59,782 bases of DNA from Marine group II euryarchaeote REDSEA-S42_B7 (GCA_001629255.1 LURZ01000032.1:1-59782), one strand, 5' to 3'. Positions 19,801-29,015 are shown, counted from the first letter of the stretch. Numbers and translations: made by a program. Notes: a model not told the origin generated them from the letters alone.

Positions 19801-22073
19801 GTAACTTCTTGTATCTCCCATGGGTCGAGTATCGAAGAGGCTGCAGAATTCAATGGGAATCCCTGCGGGTACTCCTCGTTGGTATTGTTTAGTCTGGCAT
19901 ACATAATTGTCTCCTGCCATTCAGTATTGCTGTAGTCAATCCAAGCCAGATGGACATTGTCGAAGGAGTCGGTCAAGATGGAGGGTGCCACAGAGCTTGG
20001 TGCAAACGGGAATTCTTCGCTAGCACCCTCGCATTGCTCAGAGTTCGAAATCGCGCTTGAAGCGATTTGCTTAATTCCGTATGCTGGTAGGCCCTCGGGG
20101 ACTCCGTCCCATTCTGCAGCACCTCTCAGTCTGAGTCTGGTGTAGTATACTTCGTAGGCGCCTTCGATATCGATTCCACCTGTTGGTCCTGAGCAGCCAG
20201 GATATAGTCGTCCGTCCTGCCATGCGAGATGCGTGTTTCCTGATGTGTCTATTGCTATTGAGGGGTGTAGGCTGTAAGCAGGGTTGTTTGTAATCTGAGT
20301 ATCATTCACAACGACCAGATGTCCGTAGCCCTGTTCATCCTCTGATGGACCCAAATCCTCGGTATAGTAACCTCCTTGCTGATTAGATTCTGTACCTGGA
20401 TCGCCTCTAGTCCAACCGGGCCATGGATTCTCTAGAAGCGAGTGAGGGTCTAGAACAGTCATGTAAATCTCTCGAGAGTTATTCGTAGCTAAGTAGACCA
20501 TTGCCTCTACCATTATTTCGAGCTCCGACGAGGAGCCTGCGGTTGTTGGGAACTGATACATTTGGCCCTCTGCGGAAGTTGTTCGAGTCGTAGCCCCGCT
20601 GCAGGATCTAGTGTTCAGTCCTGACCCCACAGGGCACTGGGCAAGATCGAGCATGTAACTTCCTACAGAAGTGTCGGAGCCTGCCCAGAGAGGATATGGC
20701 TTTGTCTGAGCCAAAACACAAGCGTCGTGGGCCTGATTGATGCTCTGCGTATCGTCATTGTCCATTGGCGTCCCTCCGTATGGTCCTTCGTCAGAAATTG
20801 GAATCACTACCCTCGTGGCATTGTCATTCCATCGATGGTCCAGAGTTGTTGGGGGGTTTGCAGAAAGTCCCTGCCTTCCTTGGACATCTCTGTAGGACAA
20901 GCAGGCCCAAGTTGCTGCAGGACCCCAGAACTCGCTGTAGTAACCGCCATCGGCGGGTAGGTTGGTCGCTTGGTTGTTGTAAACCACCTCAGTGAGTTCT
21001 CTGATTCCTCCGGATGAGTCTCCTGGACCTAGCGGAGTGTTTCTCGGGCCCTGACTACCGGATCCTCCGGTCTGGTAAGCGTCAGCACAGTTTCCGCTGG
21101 TCGCTGCTGCTGGCCAATTGCCACTTAGTGCATAGAGGGTTTCGTATACACTCATATTGGCACTGACAAGCATGGGCTTTAGTCCCACGAAATACCCGCC
21201 GCTCGCAAAGTTCCCTCCATAGAATACAGCACACATGTCAGCCCATTCTGCATTCATGGAGCCAGATGTATCGATAGGGACAACCATCTCTACTTGGCCG
21301 CCCCTTGTATCATCCCAGACTATCTGAACGAAGTCGTTTACGTCAACGGCGATATCTGGGTGGCCCTTCTGTCCAAGGATAGGGGTCAAGAGTGTGCTGT
21401 CAATCTCCACTATAACCATTCTAGCGACGTGATCAATTGACATCATCTTGTAGTAAATCTGAGATTGTTGATAGTATAGTTCCAATGGTTCGAACGAGTC
21501 TTCCCATACAATATGTGGATTATTTTCAGAATCTACGTCTATTGCAGGCCAGTCTCTGTTCTGAGGATTGTTTGCAACCTCGTAATCGTCTGGAACCACG
21601 GAAAGTACCGAGTCCAGAGACGCATCGCCGCTCTGGTCGTCCAAGGAAGGATCCAATAGAGTGTACATAATCTTGTATTGACTTGCCTTATCCGTCCAAA
21701 CGACGTGGACCATGTCATCATTGTCTACTCTAATGTCTGGATGCCAGGCTCGATGAGCTCCTGGATCAGAGATTTGAGTCTCTGCAATCAGTGTCTCCCC
21801 CCTAGGATCTAGCATCTTGTAGTAAAGGTGATTCGTGTTGCGACTCCAGACTACGTGGACGTTCCCAGATGAGTCTGCATCCATGGACATCATTCTATCA
21901 TTGTGGACACCGCTCTGGACGACTTCTATGGGATCGGTCAGAACAATTTCGCTCGCACTAGCCTGTGGCGAGAATGTGGCGAGGAGGCTCACGAGCATTA
22001 GCACGACAATCGCTAAACCGCTCTTCTTGGTAGATATACGGTCGTTAGTAAGATGTCGAAAGGTATGCATCAT
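16821..22073 (-). CDS. large cell-surface protein: propeller-type repeats + vWA + Ig-like repeats + CARDB-like domain + C-terminal TM
   Basis: Signal-like KKSGLAIVVLMLVSLLA..ASA; seven DxxxxxH[VIL]xW-type repeats; DTSGS MIDAS; [IV]xNxGNxxD repeats; PDLV..VVVDPDNNIVETDESNN; C-terminal TM. Start moved to ATG 22073 to remove overlap. Confidence 0.85.
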   Translation of the reverse strand: MMHTFRHLTNDRISTKKSGLAIVVLMLVSLLATFSPQASASEIVLTDPIEVVQSGVHNDRMMSMDADSSGNVHVVWSRNTNHLYYKMLDPRGETLIAETQISDPGAHRAWHPDIRVDNDDMVHVVWTDKASQYKIMYTLLDPSLDDQSGDASLDSVLSVVPDDYEVANNPQNRDWPAIDVDSENNPHIVWEDSFEPLELYYQQSQIYYKMMSIDHVARMVIVEIDSTLLTPILGQKGHPDIAVDVNDFVQIVWDDTRGGQVEMVVPIDTSGSMNAEWADMCAVFYGGNFASGGYFVGLKPMLVSANMSVYETLYALSGNWPAAATSGNCADAYQTGGSGSQGPRNTPLGPGDSSGGIRELTEVVYNNQATNLPADGGYYSEFWGPAATWACLSYRDVQGRQGLSANPPTTLDHRWNDNATRVVIPISDEGPYGGTPMDNDDTQSINQAHDACVLAQTKPYPLWAGSDTSVGSYMLDLAQCPVGSGLNTRSCSGATTRTTSAEGQMYQFPTTAGSSSELEIMVEAMVYLATNNSREIYMTVLDPHSLLENPWPGWTRGDPGTESNQQGGYYTEDLGPSEDEQGYGHLVVVNDTQITNNPAYSLHPSIAIDTSGNTHLAWQDGRLYPGCSGPTGGIDIEGAYEVYYTRLRLRGAAEWDGVPEGLPAYGIKQIASSAISNSEQCEGASEEFPFAPSSVAPSILTDSFDNVHLAWIDYSNTEWQETIMYARLNNTNEEYPQGFPLNSAASSILDPWEIQEVTNWSSDKLGPAPCQPECNTADGHHLFPDFNLDRGMPPAFANDLGSGAHIGWSDKRCDWDGQNANKWTLCYVHVLTGLVDLSLACDEKIQANPNIEGYPYDCPSDAETFYHTIQPGELTTFNITIANPTPGPAELVQDTFTITMEGVPNNWTATLFYTTNNTPIFDSTKIFLEGGAIDPLYLRVRTPTIYQAKSDELAQISIIATSQKDPAIRNKLTLLTLMDVVHGIELDTSHFQVDVEQGKSAVFSISIKNTGNVFDTFAFYDPATLDGQNEWSLPFGWGIDFPLSLSLDPGQSVTRNLKVSVPESQDPGTFAIYLKGWSTGEPVLSVDRGTFDVLELWINVSIRTTGNIVFDIGDTKLYVLPGECARFPVQVNKYFTPGSLVFTTPGAPMERPEEADINSWRFDHWTVDLDFSEWTGGSSSADQDIYWANVGNTYTVTAEMCSPFNATAGIGESVTVRAHLDGSPKVRDSVLILTNVVQRYELESSVPETILDLYPGQSYQMNTTISNLGNGQDRFDVTIESIIDDKGAAHVWDMYIPRILFEELNRDESQTVPIYINVPVQTLAGDYTITFNILSEEPYEGTRVQDQVVLRATIIEFHDMQISLDPLVESKIKTTAPSRIVRYTLNVSNYGNVADQPTIHNHTYDDVNKIWSVSPGLGSLSTWEIDYALLEGFGSEFPLEKPCVELNVEEENQINQQASQGEGPDYCYVTAGNTITLPVMEPYTTLQLVVIVTVAPDASLVDRNLGIKVLSMHGSSDEGGDFDETEVWTDSCTLDTNSDGIPDNPAPDCDTNEQVLEMRLRAPDLVLESVVAPDREAAIGEMLSVNVFITNRGNAHAADVNIILCKDQSESDIKRNGCKEENIVYRQIVNAIMPIGQSESDLSDPITLLYMVEAGNHDIVVVVDPDNNIVETDESNNIEKIGNMKSPLGAIDVGREIVVRYSVPVIIIGATFSLFGVAGFVIWGRRVEALARFSELSSLLPGSDDDDLVF

Positions 22074-22137
22074 CCATATTCGACTTTCTCGAATACTTAA
22101 CCTATACCCATTATGGTCACTTGATCGAGATGACGAG

Positions 22138-22761
22138 CTAGGCCCATTCCAGTGGGTCAAAATCCTTCCCAAAACCACCTGTCTCGTCAGTATCAATCTC
22201 TGAATGTCTAGTAGGAGATTCAGGGGATTTTCTGCCTGTCTTCCCTTCCCAATCATCCACTGGGCCTGGTTTCCCCTTCCCATTTCCAAAGCCGTATTTT
22301 ATTTGGTGAATCAGTGATAGCTTGGTTAGCCAAACTCTTCTCATACTCTGCATGAATTCATTCTGAGTAAGTCCATCCAGCCAAACCGGCCTAGAGAGAT
22401 TGAAGGCCTGGAGTGGGCCTGCGACTCCCTGCTTGCTTCTCCCGACATGGAGGACCCAATCTAAGTCAGACGATGTCATTCTAATTCTAGTATCGTGTAG
22501 CCATTCCTCCCATGACTCCGAGTCTTCTCTAGCCATTTCACGCATTGACTCTTGCTGTCCCTCATCCACTCTTGTAATGGAGTATAACAATACCAAATTT
22601 CTCTTCTTTGGAATTACGATGTTGAACAGATGGCCTTGCTTAGTTGGGGGGTATCTAACATGGAGGTGTATTATAGCCTGAGGATCTTTCACCTCTCTTG
22701 CCTCCAGCCTCTCACTGTCCAACCATGACCGAATACTGTCTGCAGCATCGTTGTGATTCAC
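22138..22761 (-). CDS. DUF2299-like archaeal protein
   Basis: IRSWL..DPQA..H..V.YP N-terminus and WLDGLTQNEFM resemble DUF2299 (from memory). Confidence 0.6.
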   Translation of the reverse strand: MNHNDAADSIRSWLDSERLEAREVKDPQAIIHLHVRYPPTKQGHLFNIVIPKKRNLVLLYSITRVDEGQQESMREMAREDSESWEEWLHDTRIRMTSSDLDWVLHVGRSKQGVAGPLQAFNLSRPVWLDGLTQNEFMQSMRRVWLTKLSLIHQIKYGFGNGKGKPGPVDDWEGKTGRKSPESPTRHSEIDTDETGGFGKDFDPLEWA

Positions 22762-22785
22762 AGATGATCCAAGAGGTCGTCCTAT

Positions 22786-24261
22786 TTAGAGCAAGTTGAG
22801 ACTGGTTTTCACATCTGAAATCAATTCTTCAAGTCTCTTCCCCCTGTCAGAAGAAGCAAGTTTTGCTCTCCTCCTGGAAGTTGAGAAGTCTGACCAACAA
22901 TCATAGCCAAACAGGAAAACTAAGTTTGAGATATGTATTACCAACAAAATCGACATGGCAATGGCGATGCTCAACAAAGAAAGTGAATGCATCAGGAATG
23001 CCGTCACTATTGCCAGCGGGAGCCAGAAAAGTATCGGAGAGAACATCGCAGCTAGAAAGTGGTAAGTTGTCCTTGTTTCTATTCCCTCGTCGGTTCTATC
23101 TCCAAGATACCAAGCGAAAAATGCCTGAATACCAGTGGAGGGGATTGTGATTGGAGACATTAGAATCATCAGAAAAATTCCAATTGCAGATTTTGTCCAT
23201 GCTATTCTGGAGTCTAACTTGATTCCAGTCAATGCTCGGCCATCTAGCTGAACATCATTCAGAATTGTGGCAGCCTCGATAGCGGGCGCCATCAGGTCCT
23301 CCTTAGTCTGCCCATCAGACAATGCGGCTCTAACTTCTCTAGCTGCTAGGACCTCGTCTCTGAATGATTTCAACTGGGAGTTAGAACTATTCGCCCTGAT
23401 GTGTCCTATCAGATGCCAAGCACGGTACGTTTCCCAATTCGGAGCATCGGGAGTTACTTCTGAAAGAGATGAAAATAGAGCGTCCCTCAGATAATGAACT
23501 TGATCCGATGGTGGTTCTTCCCATATCCCTGAGGACAATCTCTCAGGGGCCCCTGAGACTTCTGGAGCTTGGACGGGGATTGGTTCCTGGAATTCGACAA
23601 AGACATCTGTTCTAAACCAGTGGTGACACCTAAAGTGCAATCCCACAGGCTGAAGGGCAGGATTGGGGAGGCCTCTGTGTTTTGCTATTGAGGCTGCATT
23701 TAGAGCAACCCTCATCGGACCAGTCTTGAAACGGTGGAGATGTGAGTCATGGTGAGACTTGCCTTCGGGCATTGCCATAGCATTGTATCCCGAAGCGATA
23801 CAATTAGTCATCGTGAGAAGGGTCCTATCGTTGATCTTTCTAGCGTATTCTCCGTCGGAAACCCCGTTTTCAATCTCCGACTTCCTGATTACTGGTTGCG
23901 ACCCCATTCTTCTTGTGAACCAGCCAATTAGTGGCATTGTCATCAGATCATGTCTACCCATAGATATTATTCTTCTATCTTGGGAATGTACCAATGTGGC
24001 AGGATCTACCAATCCGTTAATGTGCATCGAAGATATCACTCTACCTCCTTCGTAATCTGGTATCTTCTCATAGTAACTCCTTCTGAAAATATATCTAAGT
24101 CCTACGCCTATCAGTAGTAAGACAATCTTCCAGAAGTATGGATTTCCTGGGTGCCTTCCTGTATGATCCCAAGGGATTTTGCCTAGTTTTTTCTTTCTAA
24201 GCTTCATTGCTCCACTAGACAACTCGGGTTCGATATCGGGTGCATCCTGCATATCCGACAC
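22786..24261 (-). CDS. PlsC-like (lyso)phospholipid/glycerol acyltransferase with C-terminal TM helices
   Basis: HINGLVD acyltransferase block I variant, PVIR, MPEGKSH (PEG block), FKTG, PVGLHF. Confidence 0.85.
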   Translation of the reverse strand: MSDMQDAPDIEPELSSGAMKLRKKKLGKIPWDHTGRHPGNPYFWKIVLLLIGVGLRYIFRRSYYEKIPDYEGGRVISSMHINGLVDPATLVHSQDRRIISMGRHDLMTMPLIGWFTRRMGSQPVIRKSEIENGVSDGEYARKINDRTLLTMTNCIASGYNAMAMPEGKSHHDSHLHRFKTGPMRVALNAASIAKHRGLPNPALQPVGLHFRCHHWFRTDVFVEFQEPIPVQAPEVSGAPERLSSGIWEEPPSDQVHYLRDALFSSLSEVTPDAPNWETYRAWHLIGHIRANSSNSQLKSFRDEVLAAREVRAALSDGQTKEDLMAPAIEAATILNDVQLDGRALTGIKLDSRIAWTKSAIGIFLMILMSPITIPSTGIQAFFAWYLGDRTDEGIETRTTYHFLAAMFSPILFWLPLAIVTAFLMHSLSLLSIAIAMSILLVIHISNLVFLFGYDCWSDFSTSRRRAKLASSDRGKRLEELISDVKTSLNLL

Positions 24262-24289
24262 GGGTTTCGGATGGGGTGAGAGGTCTTGA

Positions 24290-24736
24290 TTATTGAGAGG
24301 GCGGACTACTCAGCAAATCTCTGATTGAAGATGATAGTCGTGCTCCATCTTCATGATCTATCGACGAGGGGTTGAATGGGAATGTGAGTCCTCTTCCATC
24401 TTCCATCTTGGGGATAATGTGGAAATGAACGTGGAATACACTCTGGAATGCATTCGGGCCATTGTTCTGAATTACGTTGAACTCAGATGCCCCAGTGGCC
24501 TCAAGCACTGCCTTTGATATCCTAGGCAAGGCCCTACCGATGGCCTGCGCAGAATCATCACTCAGCTCATCAAGACTCCTGGCTGGCTCTTTGGGTACCA
24601 CTAGCGTATGGCCAGGACTGGATGGATTGATATCTAGAAATGCGAATATCAAGTCGTCCTCGTATACCTTGTGGCATGGAATTTCTCCTTGGATGATCAT
24701 TGTGAAGATGCTTCGGGGATCTTCCATATCCCTCAC
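24290..24736 (-). CDS. HIT family protein
   Basis: AFLDINP..GHTLVVPK and HVHFHII histidine triad. Confidence 0.95.
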   Translation of the reverse strand: MRDMEDPRSIFTMIIQGEIPCHKVYEDDLIFAFLDINPSSPGHTLVVPKEPARSLDELSDDSAQAIGRALPRISKAVLEATGASEFNVIQNNGPNAFQSVFHVHFHIIPKMEDGRGLTFPFNPSSIDHEDGARLSSSIRDLLSSPPSQ

Positions 24737-26199
24737 CCAGAAGTAAGAATCACTTCAGCGACTGATGCAAGGCCAACCAACCGTAGAGCCTCTACCATTT
24801 CGGTGTTCATGATTGATGAGGCATCAGTTAGGGTGATTCCTGTGTCTTTTATCGCTCTTACTTCGGCTAGTGATGCCTCTTCAGATGATCCGGAAGAGAT
24901 TGCAGATGTCAACTTCGAGTGAAACTTGGCAACTGCCATTCCATCTCCACCCATTATGGAAGAGATCCTATCTGATTCTCCCTTAACGGCCTCCTCAATC
25001 TGAGTATTTCCTCCAAATTTGATTTCTGTTGCCCATTTCGAAGCGTGCTCACCTGCTGATTTGCCTGATACTAGGTCGTCAAGTAGAAGATTCCCGGGTA
25101 GCGCGCTCGATCCGTGCATTCCAGTATGAGCGCTCCTTCCAGCAGCGTATAGGCCTGTGTGCCACAGCTCGGCAGGAAGACCCTCTGTTGTGTGACCTTG
25201 GAAAAGAACTCTTCCTTGCGCGTCGGATGGTGCGCCACCGGTTGTGTATGCTACTCCTGGAGAAAGAGGTATTACGTCCTTTGAAATATCAATCCCTAGT
25301 CTATCCATTATTCGCATAGATGTCTGTGAGAACCAAACCTTTGCGTCTGCGTCCATCTGTCTAAGATCGAGCACACATGGTTCTCCTTCCAGGACTTCCT
25401 CTGGGCCTACGTCGTCTCCGTTCTCCCTTCTTATTCTCCCACCGGATCCTAATACATCGAGAGGGATGTGAATCCCACAATCCCTAATCGTTAGAGGATG
25501 CCTCGGGGTGATTTCCATCCCCTTTAGATCGATACCAGCAGCAATAGCGAGTGCCGAGCCGGTTCCTGAACCATCGCTGGGTTTTGACCAGAGTCCCTGG
25601 TGACCTTCGGTTGCTAATATGACTGCCTTGGCCTGAATAGCGTCTATTCTTCCGGTGGGGACATCTAGAGTCACAATCCCCCGAACCTGTGAGTTGTCCG
25701 AGACTATGCTAAGAGGAATCGAATCGGCGTTTCTCTGGATTCCTCTCTTGATAGCCTGTTCCTCGAGTATCCTCGTCACCTCCCTTATGGTTGAGTCTCC
25801 GCATCCCGTTAGCCTGGGTGTTTTGTGCCCTGGTGCAGCGGATGCATGTGGAAGCCCTCCTTCTCTACGCCTTAGTGCCAATCCCCACCTCTCTAGTTCA
25901 GCTAAAGTATCAACTCCCTGTTTACATGTCCTGGATACAGCCTCCTCATCGCATGTTTCGCCACCTAGTGCCAGAGTGTCCTCTTCATGGGACTTTGAGT
26001 CCATTTCATCTATCGAGGCTGCTAATCCGGCTACCGGGTGAGAGCCCGAGGCAGAGCCGATTCCAAACTCATCAATCATAAGTGGAACCGTTCCTCCATC
26101 AGCGCAGGCTATCGCCGCACGCAGGGCTGATGGACCCGAACCGATGATGACAACCTCCCTGGACTCCATCTTTCTCTCCAACCCAGAGGTCTCGGTCAC
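24733..26199 (-). CDS. SdhA/FrdA/NadB-family flavoprotein-like protein with divergent active site
   Basis: VVIIGSGP, AKAVILATEG, GSGTG.ALA, YTTGG, GLYAAG..A.TGMHG..L.GN.L. Confidence 0.8.
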   Translation of the reverse strand: MTETSGLERKMESREVVIIGSGPSALRAAIACADGGTVPLMIDEFGIGSASGSHPVAGLAASIDEMDSKSHEEDTLALGGETCDEEAVSRTCKQGVDTLAELERWGLALRRREGGLPHASAAPGHKTPRLTGCGDSTIREVTRILEEQAIKRGIQRNADSIPLSIVSDNSQVRGIVTLDVPTGRIDAIQAKAVILATEGHQGLWSKPSDGSGTGSALAIAAGIDLKGMEITPRHPLTIRDCGIHIPLDVLGSGGRIRRENGDDVGPEEVLEGEPCVLDLRQMDADAKVWFSQTSMRIMDRLGIDISKDVIPLSPGVAYTTGGAPSDAQGRVLFQGHTTEGLPAELWHTGLYAAGRSAHTGMHGSSALPGNLLLDDLVSGKSAGEHASKWATEIKFGGNTQIEEAVKGESDRISSIMGGDGMAVAKFHSKLTSAISSGSSEEASLAEVRAIKDTGITLTDASSIMNTEMVEALRLVGLASVAEVILTSG

Positions 26200-26235
26200 A
26201 AGAACGTGACGCTGTGAGAGATTCCCCGGGTAATG

Positions 26236-27699
26236 TCAATCGGCGACGGAAATAGCAATTCTGCGTACTGCAACTGCTGCATCGAGCATCTTCTCTGTGG
26301 CTCCCTCTGGATTGAATCCGGAGGAGAGCGTTGTCTGAACCACGAACGCCGAGAGTGTCTCCCCTGTGGGCCCCCTCATGTTAACCTGAACTGGCTTAGA
26401 GCCTGTTGACCCAGTGGGCCATGCCAGACCTATCCATAAGACCAGACTGTTGTCAATCAGTCTTGCTAGCACGTCTACTATATCGTTTCCCTCTTCTCCT
26501 ATTTTTGCAGGTTTCTTGGGCTGTTTGGATACTGGCGGATTCAACCTCAGTGTCTGCTGGTGGGGTTCTCCGTCAGCGGCAATGATGTCTACCTCTATCT
26601 GAGATTCACGTCCAGAGTGGTTATGGATCATGACGAACAAGTCCCCTTGCCCCTGGGAGCATCGGGGGGGGATGTCCAGATCGAGTCTCCATGGGCTCTC
26701 GATAAGTGAGGCATGCCCCCTCAATGCAGCATCCTCGAGCCTATCGATCAGTCTGAAGAGTCCGGGTTGCCATGCCCTAGTGTGTGCCATTAGTCTCCTG
26801 AGTGTCCTGTAACAGAACTTAGACTCGTCATTGTTTAAATCGTCGATTGCAGCAATCCTGAAGACCCTCTTGGATTCGGATATCAGTCTGCTGTCATCAA
26901 CGAGACCTAGGTGATTCAGATGTAGTACTCTAAGCAGGTGCTCTACCGCAGATTCAGGAGTTTGGTTCGATCTGACCTTGTTTTCTAGGCCAACGACCCA
27001 ATCGTCCCATGCCCCCGCTGTTTCCGGATCTAAATGTGCTACTACCAAATCAGTAAGAGCTCTCTTCAGAGTACTTTGATGGAGAGTCGGGGCGTGCATG
27101 GATAACAACGGAAAGTCTGAGTCTATCATAGGAATTCGACGTTCCAACTGAAGTGTGTTGATAATAGAGATAGATCCTAGAAATACAGCTAATCCGAAGA
27201 GTATCGACGCCAGAATCGTCCCTGTCTCGAAGTTGTCCTCAGAATTCAGCGCTCCTGCTGCAAGTAACGCACATATGAGTCTAGTTCTCTCTCTGAGTGT
27301 TCTCTCTTGGAGCGTGTTCAGGATTCTCTCAACACCGGGATAGGCTTCCATGTATCTAGTACGTCCGATTTTCAACTGTAGTCGGTCTCTAGCAGACATC
27401 TGGGCGAAGGAAGAGGCCAGCATAGCAGGGAAGAAAAGAACGGCCTGAAATGCGAAGAGTGCAACACCGACGTAAACCAGTTCCCCTCCCCGACCAGATG
27501 CTAGGATTAGCGTAGCCAATACCGCAGCGAATGATATGGATATTCTGGCGAGGCCACTCCACCGTATAGTGGCAATTTTGGTCCAGAACACTCTCTGAGA
27601 GTCTCTGATTCGAACTCTTCGTTCCAGAGCGGACTCAGTGGAGCCGGATAAGTCGTCTTCGCCATAGGGGTTGGGAAGGTCAGACATATTGCTCGCCAT
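26236..27699 (-). CDS. hypothetical membrane protein
   Basis: 487-aa ORF with 3-4 TM segments then a soluble domain; co-oriented with neighbours. Confidence 0.75.
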   Translation of the reverse strand: MASNMSDLPNPYGEDDLSGSTESALERRVRIRDSQRVFWTKIATIRWSGLARISISFAAVLATLILASGRGGELVYVGVALFAFQAVLFFPAMLASSFAQMSARDRLQLKIGRTRYMEAYPGVERILNTLQERTLRERTRLICALLAAGALNSEDNFETGTILASILFGLAVFLGSISIINTLQLERRIPMIDSDFPLLSMHAPTLHQSTLKRALTDLVVAHLDPETAGAWDDWVVGLENKVRSNQTPESAVEHLLRVLHLNHLGLVDDSRLISESKRVFRIAAIDDLNNDESKFCYRTLRRLMAHTRAWQPGLFRLIDRLEDAALRGHASLIESPWRLDLDIPPRCSQGQGDLFVMIHNHSGRESQIEVDIIAADGEPHQQTLRLNPPVSKQPKKPAKIGEEGNDIVDVLARLIDNSLVLWIGLAWPTGSTGSKPVQVNMRGPTGETLSAFVVQTTLSSGFNPEGATEKMLDAAVAVRRIAISVAD

Positions 27700-27800
27700 G
27701 TCTTACCCAGAAGCCTCCCCTGCTTCATGGCATCGCATGGGCCTGCGAAGAGTGTTCGTTTTTGGGGCAGATTTCTTCAGGAGTGCGTGCTCGCGAGAAC

Positions 27801-27878
27801 GGGCGTGTAGCATAGCCTGGATAATGCACCGGCCTCCTAAGCCGGGGACCGCGGGTTCGAATCCTGCCGCGCCCGCCA
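27801..27878 (+). tRNA. tRNA-Arg(CCT)
   Basis: Acceptor GGGCGTG/CGCGCCC, D-stem GCAT/ATGC, anticodon arm CCGGC-CTCCTAA-GCCGG, T-arm GCGGG-TTCGAAT-CCTGC, encoded CCA. Confidence 0.96.
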
Positions 27879-27881
27879 CGA

Positions 27882-29015
27882 TTACATCGAGAGTCCGTGC
27901 ATCTTCCCCGCGATAGCAGTTCGATGCAGGAATCTCTCGAAGTGAATCCTAGGATAAGTGGATCTCTGTAGTCCGACATCGCATTCCGACAATGCATCCA
28001 GAATCTCATACCTTAGTGACTGGGGGACGCTGAGTCTCCTTCCGATGATGACAGAGTGGATTTGAGAGACGAGGTCGGTAGAATCTAGACCATGATTAGT
28101 CATCAGGTTGTCAACCTCTGCCATTGCTCCCGATAGGACTTTCTTATTTCTTCCTCGTTGATTTTCCCACTTCCATTCGACTACCTTACCTCGAATAGCC
28201 AATTCTACCAGTCTCCTCCCTGCTTGAAGAGTTGATGCCTGGACCATCTTGTGTACCGACGAGCGATCAGAAGCAAGCCCCCTGGAATCTAGCATCTCAA
28301 GCGTGAAGACAGCCTTCTTGAGATTGCCTTCGGAAATGTAAGATATATCCTCTAGTACTCCTTCTGCCGGTATACATCCGTTTTTCCCAGCTATTTCTGA
28401 TAAAGTGGTGGTGATTGTTTCTCTGTCGGTAGGTGGAATCCTAATCATCTGACTGCGTGATCGTAGTGCGTCTATGATTCTGGATGGGGCCCGGGCTACG
28501 AGTACGAACCTGGAAGCACCTCCTACCGTCTCCATCATCCTCCTGAGATATGCTTGGCGAATATGTCCCAAGTAATCGGCGTCTTCAATCACTATCAGAC
28601 GGCTGACAGGCACCATTCCATCGTGCACTTCGGTCTCGGAACCTGCTGGAGCAATGTTTTCATCTGGATATAGGGAGATTCCTCTATCGAAAGCATCCAG
28701 GCTGGTTCTTCCTGCCAAGGTGTCCTTCTCTGACCCGCTGGGTCGCAGGAACTCTTCGAAAGAAGACATTGCTCCCCTCTGTCTCACTAAATCTCGTGCT
28801 TGAAGGATGTGCGTAGTGGACTTCCATCCGGGGCCCAGGAGCTGTCTGGCGAAAAGACGCCAAGATGCGGTCTTACCTACGCCAGCTGGTCCGGTGATCA
28901 GTAAGTGAGGCGGATCCAACGAGATGCTACTGGAAGCGAGTGTCTGACGAACGGTCGTCGGAACTGCTAGTTCATCGAAACTGGTCGGAGCCTCTGTCTG
29001 GAGCCAGCTTGCCAT
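27882..29015 (-). CDS. replication factor C small-subunit-like AAA+ ATPase
   Basis: PHLLITGPAGVGKT Walker A, LIVIEDAD Walker B variant, LRRMME, IIDALRSR, EGNLKKA sensor-2 region. Confidence 0.85.
   Translation of the reverse strand: MASWLQTEAPTSFDELAVPTTVRQTLASSSISLDPPHLLITGPAGVGKTASWRLFARQLLGPGWKSTTHILQARDLVRQRGAMSSFEEFLRPSGSEKDTLAGRTSLDAFDRGISLYPDENIAPAGSETEVHDGMVPVSRLIVIEDADYLGHIRQAYLRRMMETVGGASRFVLVARAPSRIIDALRSRSQMIRIPPTDRETITTTLSEIAGKNGCIPAEGVLEDISYISEGNLKKAVFTLEMLDSRGLASDRSSVHKMVQASTLQAGRRLVELAIRGKVVEWKWENQRGRNKKVLSGAMAEVDNLMTNHGLDSTDLVSQIHSVIIGRRLSVPQSLRYEILDALSECDVGLQRSTYPRIHFERFLHRTAIAGKMHGLSM

Noticed and set aside
22074-22289. Long N-terminal extensions and overlaps in the ORF track (also icd, top6B, trm5, uvrA, moeA, cysC, NCS2)
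   Set aside because: Downstream starts fit the family N-termini, often have SD motifs, and remove the overlaps.
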